Source: a virus. Taken from it: a DNA stretch of 42,398 bases. A program made the position numbers and the translations under genes. A model generated the notes under the pieces. That model saw only the letters and a program-made list of their open reading frames with translations, did not search any database and was not told the origin of the DNA. The stretch's first letter is position 1. Each line of letters begins with the position of its first letter. This document shows, piece by piece, positions 16,343 to 23,513 of this stretch. The stretch lies in IMG/VR virus record IMGVR_UViG_3300045988_081729; one strand, written 5' to 3'.

Positions 16343-17545
16343 TCAGCTCTTCACAGCTACTGTTACATCGCCGGAACGGACTGCTTTATAGTTCTGATCA
16401 CACTCAACCAGCGTGATGTGATGGGTTGCTGTAGATGCGATTTCGGATTCTCCATCCCATTTGCTCCAGTTTTTCACGTCATCGCCGTATTTCACGGTAG
16501 TCGCGGATGCCGCATCTTTGTACTTCCAGCAGTTTTTCATAGACATCAGCTGCTCTTTTACGGAGATCTTTGTTTTTCCTGTTTCAGATCCTTCTGCCGC
16601 CGTTACGGTCAGTTTTCCAAGAGTCTGTGTATCCGCTCCACCAACGGAGATGTAGGCGATGGCATCCAGGTACTCACAGAATAAGCGCAGACCCATAATA
16701 GCGTACAGATCCGAAATTGCTCTCTCGTAGGTACCCTGTGCATGGAAACCGATAAAATGAGTAGTCGGGTCCGTTGTATAGCTGAGGCCAGCTTTTACGA
16801 ACTCAGAGTCGCCCGGATCGATGTAATATCCGATGATGTTGTTGAGTGGAGTAGCAATGACGACGTTTTCCGGGATTTCAGAGCTTACGAAGACAACATC
16901 AGCGCCAAGGAATTTCTTCATGTACTCAAAGCCGAACGCTGTCTGCAGGGAGATATCCGCGGCACCGACATATTTATACACATCCAGTGTATTTACCCAT
17001 ACTGCTACGCCGGTAGCCGTTCTTCTCATCTTTTTGAACTTATCTTTAACCTTTCCGATTGCCATAGCAACCGCCATCTGCCAAGTGCTTTCATGGTCAG
17101 TCAGAGAACCTGCTTTCAGCTGTGCGTACAGCTTATCCATGACAACGTTCTGCAGATCGGTTTTGAACTCTTCGTCGGTATCCTGTACTGCGGCATCATA
17201 TCCCTTTTCCGCGATTGCCTCCAGGGTTACTCCCTTACGATACTTGCTGATTTTAATAGTATCAAACGGAATTTCTTCCACAGCGTACTGGGAGTACGGG
17301 ATCTCTTCGCCCTCTGCGACCTCACCGGACTGCAGGTTTCCTGTCACCTTTTTTGTCTTTAAAACGGTGTTGTTATCTTTCTTGATCATTCGGATAATGC
17401 CCAGGACGTCAAGCAGTGCCTGAATGTTTTTGCCGAAAGATGTTACGAAATCAATCTCACGGGCTTTTACCTGGATCTGTGCCTGACCTGTCATGTTATC
17501 CGGTGCCGCAAATACCTGCAGCCCTAATTTTCCAATTCTATGCAT
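16343..17545 (-). CDS. Major capsid protein with an extra C-terminal domain
   Basis: 400 aa directly after the scaffold gene, AGGAGGA RBS. N-terminal propeptide MHRIGKLGLQVFA. The last ~90 aa (TLGKLTVTAAEG...VTVAVKS) look like an Ig-like decoration domain. Confidence 0.85.
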   Translation of the reverse strand: MHRIGKLGLQVFAAPDNMTGQAQIQVKAREIDFVTSFGKNIQALLDVLGIIRMIKKDNNTVLKTKKVTGNLQSGEVAEGEEIPYSQYAVEEIPFDTIKISKYRKGVTLEAIAEKGYDAAVQDTDEEFKTDLQNVVMDKLYAQLKAGSLTDHESTWQMAVAMAIGKVKDKFKKMRRTATGVAVWVNTLDVYKYVGAADISLQTAFGFEYMKKFLGADVVFVSSEIPENVVIATPLNNIIGYYIDPGDSEFVKAGLSYTTDPTTHFIGFHAQGTYERAISDLYAIMGLRLFCEYLDAIAYISVGGADTQTLGKLTVTAAEGSETGKTKISVKEQLMSMKNCWKYKDAASATTVKYGDDVKNWSKWDGESEIASTATHHITLVECDQNYKAVRSGDVTVAVKS

Positions 17546-17557
17546 GCTGTTTTCCTC

Positions 17558-18193
17558 CTACTGAAATAATGCAATATTTTCCGCAATCAGCCGCTGCCGT
17601 TCAATTGGGTTGCTGACTGCAAGAATCTGTTCTTTTGTCACAGCACCTTTTCCGCCGGATCCGCCCTTTGGGGCATTTCCTTTCAGGGCATCTTTTACGG
17701 CAGCCTGTACTGCATCCTTGTACATCTTTGTGAAAGCTTCGACTGCCGTCTTGGTATCCTCAGCGCTTTCCGATACCAGATGTGCCAGAAGTTCATCCGG
17801 GATGTTGATTTCTTCATCTGCCAGCATCTTTCTGGCCGTCTTTGACATTTCCGAGAGCGAATTCTGCCGTTTCAGATCTGCCAGTTCCTTTTCCAACTTC
17901 CGGTTTTTATACTCCGCTTTCTCTTCCTTTGTCATCTTCGCCAGCTTTTCCGCCTCTGAAAGCTTATCATCAGTCAGTGCCTGCCACTTTTCCTGCGCTT
18001 TGGTCACTGCTGTATTTACCGCTTTCTGCACTCTGCGGTCGAACTCCGCGCGATTCTCTGCCTGCCCCAGAAAATCATCAAACGACATCTCATTGCCGCT
18101 ATCTCCAGAACCTGCTCCAGCTCCGTCCTCGTTTCCGTCTCCGGCTCCGCTGCCGTCTCCTTCGCCGTCTGCAAATACCTGCAGGTTGATCAT
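17558..18193 (-). CDS. Capsid scaffolding protein
   Basis: Start moved to ATG 18193 (GGAGAA RBS), giving MINLQVFADGEGDGSGAG... Highly charged, helical, Ala/Lys/Glu-rich. Upstream of the capsid gene. Confidence 0.8.
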   Translation of the reverse strand: MINLQVFADGEGDGSGAGDGNEDGAGAGSGDSGNEMSFDDFLGQAENRAEFDRRVQKAVNTAVTKAQEKWQALTDDKLSEAEKLAKMTKEEKAEYKNRKLEKELADLKRQNSLSEMSKTARKMLADEEINIPDELLAHLVSESAEDTKTAVEAFTKMYKDAVQAAVKDALKGNAPKGGSGGKGAVTKEQILAVSNPIERQRLIAENIALFQ

Positions 18194-18324
18194 CGGGATT
18201 CTCCAATGATAATGGTTGTTTTTGCGCTTCATTATTTTTCTGTCCTTTCTGCCCCGTCCCGTTCTGTAATAGCCCCGTGCCGTTGCTCCGGAATCATAGT
18301 TTAACGACATTTCGGTCACATCGG

Positions 18325-18612
18325 TTACACGATCCGGACATGCTCCGGAAATTCATCGACCATCAGACAGATGCCGACAAAAAAGGAATCCACCAGAGTT
18401 CTTGCTCTCTCTGATAGATTCCCATACTGTATATCAACCCATCCGGGCGATACTTCGTATTCTATTTCATCCCCTGTCAGATCCTCAATCGAGTGGATCA
18501 GCGTCCGCACAAGGCTGGAAACGCCCGCGCAGACAATATCCTGCCCATGTGGTGCGTACATTGCATGACCGGACACAGTCAATCGGTCTTTTCTTACCGT
18601 TACATCAATCAA
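18325..18612 (-). CDS. prp: Prp-family cysteine protease (ribosomal-processing protease homologue, DUF464)
   Basis: 95 aa: MIDVTVRKD...SGHAMYAPHGQDIVCAGVSSL..., the His/Cys dyad context of Prp. TTG start. Confidence 0.75.
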   Translation of the reverse strand: MIDVTVRKDRLTVSGHAMYAPHGQDIVCAGVSSLVRTLIHSIEDLTGDEIEYEVSPGWVDIQYGNLSERARTLVDSFFVGICLMVDEFPEHVRIV

Positions 18613-18677
18613 CAGTCATCACATCCTTTCATTCCGGCTGTTCCCTGCCGGTGGGAGATGTATGGATCACCGCTTTT

Positions 18678-18989
18678 CTACTCTGCTGTGTAATCTTCAA
18701 TGACCGGAATACCGTACTCAATAGCACATGTATTTTCGATCTTGCACCCTCTGGCATCCTGCCAGCCTTTCGCAAAGTAGGCAATGTCAGCACCAGCCAG
18801 AAGTTCCAGGGATTTTCCAAGGAACCAGAGTGGCTTTGCATCCACCGGAGCTTCCTGGAAGAAAGAATCAATAACCTCTACTTGCTCTCCAATCACGTCT
18901 TCTGCACTCTTGATTGCTTTCTTACGTTCTGCAAGGATATCTTCATCAGACTTTCCTTTCATTGGCTGTGAAATAAACAATTTCTTCAT
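18678..18989 (-). CDS. DUF4406-like protein (nucleoside 2-deoxyribosyltransferase-like fold)
   Basis: Start at ATG 18989 (AGGAGGATTAATC). MKKLFISQPMKGKSDEDI...LLAGADIAYFAKGWQDARGCKIENTCAIEYGIPVI matches my memory of the DUF4406 pattern (YISGPM...GWE.S.G...E). Confidence 0.5.
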   Translation of the reverse strand: MKKLFISQPMKGKSDEDILAERKKAIKSAEDVIGEQVEVIDSFFQEAPVDAKPLWFLGKSLELLAGADIAYFAKGWQDARGCKIENTCAIEYGIPVIEDYTAE

Positions 18990-19000
18990 GATTAATCCTC

Positions 19001-19516
19001 CTAATCTGCAAACACCCAATCATCTGCAAGCATATCTGCCTGACTTGCGAGCCATCCCATCTGTACTCCTGATGTTCCGACAAATGCGATAGCCATGTTT
19101 CCGATAGCATCATGCTCGCAATTCACGATCTCCCCATCCGGCGTCTTATAAGAAATCCCAGTGGCGAGCTGAATGTACTGCTTTTTGCCGTTCCATCCTT
19201 TACGAGCCACCTTAAGTCCTCTTTTCAGATAACGGATAGCATCTCCAAAGCAAAATGTTGACTGACCGCCAAGAACACCACAATTCTTTTCATCAGCAAT
19301 CATCCAATCATCCCTCTGTGTGTGCATGAAAGTATATTCCACCCTCTGTGTTTCACGGATATCAAGAACTTCTCCCTGTCCTTTGTCGGAATCTTTTGAT
19401 CTGCAATGAATCATAATTGTCTGCTTATCAATGTCCCAACACCAGTAACCATTCCAACCAGGAAGTTTCACCTTTTCTCCATGTTTCATTGCTTCAAATG
19501 CTTCTTTGAAATTCAT
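19001..19516 (-). CDS. Tandem DUF2829 (Tad2-like) domain protein
   Basis: Two copies of the DUF2829 signature. Copy 1: MNFKEAFEAMKHGEKVKLPGWNGYW...DDWMIAD. Copy 2: FGDAIRYLKRGLKVARKGWNGKKQYIQL...MLADDWVFAD. AGGAGG RBS. Confidence 0.7.
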   Translation of the reverse strand: MNFKEAFEAMKHGEKVKLPGWNGYWCWDIDKQTIMIHCRSKDSDKGQGEVLDIRETQRVEYTFMHTQRDDWMIADEKNCGVLGGQSTFCFGDAIRYLKRGLKVARKGWNGKKQYIQLATGISYKTPDGEIVNCEHDAIGNMAIAFVGTSGVQMGWLASQADMLADDWVFAD

Positions 19517-19529
19517 GATTTACTACCTC

Positions 19530-19799
19530 CTATTCTTCTGTATGACATGTATTTGTTATTTTACCATATACATCCTCATAAAGTTCCTGCTTGTCACCGT
19601 TGTAGGTGTATTCGGCATAGATACCATCTCCGCTGATAGTGGTTGATGCAAGGCACTTATAATTCTGAAGTGTTTTGCATGACCATACCACGAATACATT
19701 TCCAAGGTCGATCTGAACTTCCGGTCTGTTCTTGTGGTACCATTCAACGAGTTTCTTCTGTGCTACACTCTCGAAATGTGCCATTCCTGTGATAATCAT
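19530..19799 (-). CDS. Hypothetical phage protein (89 aa)
   Basis: ATG with AAGGTGA-type RBS. ...FVVWSCKTLQNYKCLASTTISGDGIYAEYTYNGDKQELY... resembles a conserved small phage family whose function is unknown to me. Confidence 0.6.
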   Translation of the reverse strand: MIITGMAHFESVAQKKLVEWYHKNRPEVQIDLGNVFVVWSCKTLQNYKCLASTTISGDGIYAEYTYNGDKQELYEDVYGKITNTCHTEE

Positions 19800-19819
19800 A
19801 TTTCACCTTGTCCTTTCTT

Positions 19820-19862
19820 AAAAATGTGTATAAAAATACCACCGGCCTCTCGACTGGTGGTA
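19820..19862 (-). terminator. Rho-independent terminator closing the Zn-ribbon/YjcQ cassette
   Basis: Minus strand TACCACC-(12 nt)-GGTGGTA followed by TTTTTATACACATTTTT, starting 2 nt after the stop at 19864. Confidence 0.6.
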
Positions 19863-19863
19863 A

Positions 19864-20226
19864 CTATGAAATAATTGCGCCAAGTAATGCAGACAAGATC
19901 ACGTTGAATGTTTCGGCACAATATTCTTTTGCTTTCTGCATACGGCTGTTTTCTTCCAGGAACTGTACGCCCTCAAACGTAATCTCAAATGGTCTGTCTG
20001 TTTGGGGCATTGGCGCGTCTTTTGTTTTGTCAATGACTGCAAACCCTGTAATATATCCCTTCCTTACAAGTGTTACAATGATCTTGCACCAATAGCTTTG
20101 CGGAATATCAAATAATTTTGAATTCCAGGCAAACTGTTCGAGTTCCGGTTCTACGCCGAGTTTCATGCATTCGTACAGATATCTCAGTATTTTATACATG
20201 ATTACTTCCATGTCATTCTTTGCCAT
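19864..20226 (-). CDS. YjcQ-family winged-helix protein, paralogue 2 (120 aa, hydrophobic C-terminal tail)
   Basis: MAKNDMEVIMYKILRYLYECMKLG...IPQSYWCKIIVTLVRKGYITGFAV...FLEENSRMQKAK. Clear paralogue of the upstream gene. AAGGAG RBS. Confidence 0.7.
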   Translation of the reverse strand: MAKNDMEVIMYKILRYLYECMKLGVEPELEQFAWNSKLFDIPQSYWCKIIVTLVRKGYITGFAVIDKTKDAPMPQTDRPFEITFEGVQFLEENSRMQKAKEYCAETFNVILSALLGAIIS

Positions 20227-20251
20227 TATCGTTTTTGCTCCTTAAACAGTT

Positions 20252-20584
20252 TTATACGAACGGGACCATCTCTTTTACGTCCTTCAACGTCCTTTTTGCC
20301 TTTTCAAGCAACGAATTTTCGAACAGATAGGAAATACCTTTCGGCGTGATAATGGTATCGGGCAGATCGCCTAAAAGAACGCCATCTTTCGTATGATTGA
20401 CGGCAATACCTTTTACATACCCTTCTGTAATCAAGCTTAAAATGATATACTGCCAATAATTTTCGGGAATATTATAGGCTGATGCCGTAAGGTAACACGC
20501 TTCTGGTTTTTCACCCTTTTTCAAACATTCATACAGATATTTCAGTACCTGATATACGATCACAAAGTAATCATTCTGAGCCAT
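20252..20584 (-). CDS. YjcQ-family winged-helix protein, paralogue 1 (110 aa)
   Basis: The track start is GTG. ATG 20584 has an AAGGAGA RBS at 8 nt. MAQNDYFVIVYQVLKYLYECLKKG...IPENYWQYIILSLITEGYVKGIAV...LFENSLLEKAK. Confidence 0.7.
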   Translation of the reverse strand: MAQNDYFVIVYQVLKYLYECLKKGEKPEACYLTASAYNIPENYWQYIILSLITEGYVKGIAVNHTKDGVLLGDLPDTIITPKGISYLFENSLLEKAKRTLKDVKEMVPFV

Positions 20585-20603
20585 TTGCACCGTCTCCTTA
20601 TCA

Positions 20604-20774
20604 TCAGTTGATAATTAACTGATTCTTGCAAGAATCACAGTAAAAAGTATTGGTTTTTTCACGGTCGCCAACAGGAATCATGATTCCTGTTTTACATTTT
20701 TTGCACAAAACTTTTTCGCCTTTCCTCAAGAGCTTTACTCTCTCATGAGGCGGAATATTCAGAGTATTCGTCAT
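20604..20774 (-). CDS. Small zinc-ribbon protein (56 aa), missing from the ORF track
   Basis: Hand translation: MTNTLNIPPHERVKLLRKGEKVLCKKCKTGIMIPVGDREKTNTFYCDSCKNQLIIN (CxxC...CxxC). GGGAGTG RBS. The stop lies 17 nt before the next start. Confidence 0.6.
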   Translation of the reverse strand: MTNTLNIPPHERVKLLRKGEKVLCKKCKTGIMIPVGDREKTNTFYCDSCKNQLIIN

Positions 20775-20780
20775 AAACAA

Positions 20781-22187
20781 TCACTCCCATTTCAGATTCG
20801 GATATTTATCATTTATATGATTAATTATATCCTGGAGCACTTTCTCTGTCAATTCAATGTTTTGATGCCTGTACTCGTTCACATAGCATTGCAGTTCTTG
20901 ACTTTTGGTATTTGGCTTGTTGATTTTGGCATGCGTGGCCTCGTGAATCACCGTAATAGCCGTTTCACGAACCGTTTTGGTATTATCAGCATAAATGTTG
21001 ATTTCTCCATCTTCGAAAAGTCCGTCCAGTCCTTCATCAACATCAACTCCGTACCATACCTTTATTTGAATATCATTTTCCTGAAGATATTCCAACATTT
21101 CCGTTCCGATGCTGGACTTTTTCATTTCTTTCATGATATTTCGAGGTTTGATAACGTCTCGCCCCTTTGATCTGCCATCCAATGTTTGGAATATTCCTTC
21201 GTTGTCTTTATATCTTGCCTTTCTGTTTTTCGATGCTTCCCGTTCTTCTGTGGTACCACCCTGTTCCAGAAAGTCCAACCATTTCTCATATTCTGCACTG
21301 TCTTCATAGGCTGCCGTGGAGCAGTGACACCGCGGATGCATCGGCGGCGCGTTCGTCCCCGGCATCATATCCTGCACTTTGAAATGCTTACCATCCAACG
21401 CCTGGCACCGCTCGCAGACATCTGCATTCCCGCAGGCAACGTATGTATATTCTTCGAATCCATTTCGAATATAGGACTGCTTCTGCGCTTCTGTCTGGAC
21501 TCTGGCAAGCTCCGTGACCATGAGCCGCTCTGCATCCTCCCGGCTTGCACCGAAGCGTTTCTGCAGGTGCACCGCAAGCTCCCGCGGGTTCTTGCCCTGG
21601 ATTAGCCCTGTTTTCAGCAGCTTGTCCAGCTCTGCTTTCAGCATATCCTGATACATCCAGATTCGATCGGAATAAGTGGCGTTATGGAATGACGCATCGA
21701 CAATTGCCCGCGCCATTTTTCCATTTTCCTGCACGGAATTGCCAAGAATACCCGCCTGCCTGCGAAATTCTTCTATTGTCTGCTGTGTCAGCGTCTTGTC
21801 AAAATATTTCTGCAGTTCATCGAAACCGGATACCATTTCCAGCCCGATATTGGCTTTCAGCAGTTCCAGACGGTTGATCTTCATGGTTGCATTGTACAGC
21901 CGCATCTCTTCATTCGCCTGGTCGGAAAAATCTTTTTCTTTGACGTATTTCGCCGCTTTCCTGCCATACTCTTCGATATCGAGCTTGGAAACCCTTCTCT
22001 TTGCTTCTGCCAGCGAAATCTTCTCAGCATTGGCGTATTTTGCGTAAAATCCATCGATTTCCTTCTGAATCTGATCCGCCATATACGCATAGGTCTTCCG
22101 GATCTCTTCTGCATAGGTCTGCTCAGACATCTTATTCTTCTTGGCATGTTCCGTCTCACGTTTCTGCCAGTATTCCTTACTCGTCAT
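20781..22187 (-). CDS. Head morphogenesis protein (SPP1 gp7 / Mu F family) with a C-terminal HExxH extension
   Basis: MuF core ...LMVTELARVQTEAQKQSY...CERCQALDGKHF...PPMHPRCHCS... Start taken at ATG 22187 (the track start is TTG 22205). The last ~140 aa are extra and contain VIHEATHA (20931-20945). Confidence 0.85.
   Translation of the reverse strand: MTSKEYWQKRETEHAKKNKMSEQTYAEEIRKTYAYMADQIQKEIDGFYAKYANAEKISLAEAKRRVSKLDIEEYGRKAAKYVKEKDFSDQANEEMRLYNATMKINRLELLKANIGLEMVSGFDELQKYFDKTLTQQTIEEFRRQAGILGNSVQENGKMARAIVDASFHNATYSDRIWMYQDMLKAELDKLLKTGLIQGKNPRELAVHLQKRFGASREDAERLMVTELARVQTEAQKQSYIRNGFEEYTYVACGNADVCERCQALDGKHFKVQDMMPGTNAPPMHPRCHCSTAAYEDSAEYEKWLDFLEQGGTTEEREASKNRKARYKDNEGIFQTLDGRSKGRDVIKPRNIMKEMKKSSIGTEMLEYLQENDIQIKVWYGVDVDEGLDGLFEDGEINIYADNTKTVRETAITVIHEATHAKINKPNTKSQELQCYVNEYRHQNIELTEKVLQDIINHINDKYPNLKWE
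20824..20852 (-). promoter_or_regulatory. Perfect sigma-A consensus promoter embedded in the 3' end of the MuF gene
   Basis: Minus strand TTGACA (20852-20847), 17 nt, TATAAT (20829-24), about 45 nt upstream of the Zn-ribbon ATG. Confidence 0.65.
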
Positions 22188-23511
22188 CCTGTCCACCGCC
22201 GCCAAACATCTGCTTCATCACTGGATCCGCTCTCACCTTGTTCTGATCGGTATCAATTTTCTTGATTTCATCCTGTACATTGTCCACAATAGACAGCACC
22301 CCGAGCTGTGTTTCCTGGCTGACCACACCTTCCAGATTCTTCGCGATCTCTGCCTCTTCCTGCAGGTTTGCCGGGAAATTTGGTGTAAAATGTGGATGGA
22401 TCTTCACCCAGTCATCTTTTTTCATTCCTGAGACCGGATTTGAGAAAATCAGACGATACCTCCGGTTCATTCCGCTGGTAAATTTCCGCTCTTTCGTTTT
22501 TTCCAAGTTACTCATTGCCTGCAGCTTATATTTCATGGCGATGCCGGAACTGGTGCCAAAATTCTCATCCGAGATATTGGCCACCATGCTGATATGGAAA
22601 ATGAGCTTTTCCAGACGATCGATCAGATGCTCCTGCGTGGTATCACCATCCGGTTTCTGAAGAAATTCGACAATCAACCGTTCGGTGTCCCCGTCGAAAT
22701 TAATGATTCTGTCATCCCGGATATGCGCCACATCGTCTTCTTCCAGCTTGGAACCAAGAACCTTGAGATAGGCATCCGCGAAATAGTCAACATCATTGGC
22801 TTTCTCGCTGATCGCCTTGTTGTATGCATTAATCATCGTAAGGACCGGCTCGAAGATTCCCATACGCTCCTTGTTTTCTACGTACTCCGATGCCGGAACG
22901 CCGTCGAAGCCGTGTATCTTCTCGTCTGCATCCCAGAGTAATTTTCCTTTGATTGTAAACCAGCGGACCTTCGTCTCGTCCGATACGCTTCCATGAAGGA
23001 TCTGATTCGAATCGTAATACAGCCGCACGAAATATCGTTCCCTTTCCAGCACGGAATCGTCGTAGATCATGAATGCATCCAGCGGGCTCAGATAGGTGAT
23101 ACCGATATTTCCGTTCTCATCTACGTAATACATTTCATAGCCTTTGCCGAAGATACTGCAGATCTTGGACAGTTCGGCATTGTTATCGTCCTGATCATTA
23201 TACTGATCCAGAAAATCAACATATTTCTCAACCGCTTCGTTTCCATCGTCTACCTGCAGTTTGATCGGATGCCCGATGAAGAAGCCGTTCATCGTATCCA
23301 CGATGTATTTCGCAAAGTTGACCATGATCCGGTTGTCCGGCTTCCACTTGGGCTTTAACGGCTCATGCAGGATCGGGTAATCCGTCTCGTAGGCCTCCTG
23401 CAGCATGCTGTATCTAAATGCGCACTCTCCGGAATGCCGCATGATAAATTCGTTCAATTTGGCATCTGTCAGCGTCTCTTCCGACGGTAGCCTATACAAA
23501 TTCGTTCGCAC
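22177..23511 (-). CDS. Portal protein (SPP1 gp6-like)
   Basis: 444 aa immediately after terL. GTG start with an AAGGAGGG RBS 8 nt upstream. Sequence pattern fits the SPP1-type portal family. Confidence 0.85.
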   Translation of the reverse strand: MRTNLYRLPSEETLTDAKLNEFIMRHSGECAFRYSMLQEAYETDYPILHEPLKPKWKPDNRIMVNFAKYIVDTMNGFFIGHPIKLQVDDGNEAVEKYVDFLDQYNDQDDNNAELSKICSIFGKGYEMYYVDENGNIGITYLSPLDAFMIYDDSVLERERYFVRLYYDSNQILHGSVSDETKVRWFTIKGKLLWDADEKIHGFDGVPASEYVENKERMGIFEPVLTMINAYNKAISEKANDVDYFADAYLKVLGSKLEEDDVAHIRDDRIINFDGDTERLIVEFLQKPDGDTTQEHLIDRLEKLIFHISMVANISDENFGTSSGIAMKYKLQAMSNLEKTKERKFTSGMNRRYRLIFSNPVSGMKKDDWVKIHPHFTPNFPANLQEEAEIAKNLEGVVSQETQLGVLSIVDNVQDEIKKIDTDQNKVRADPVMKQMFGGGGQDDE

Positions 23512-23513
23512 TT

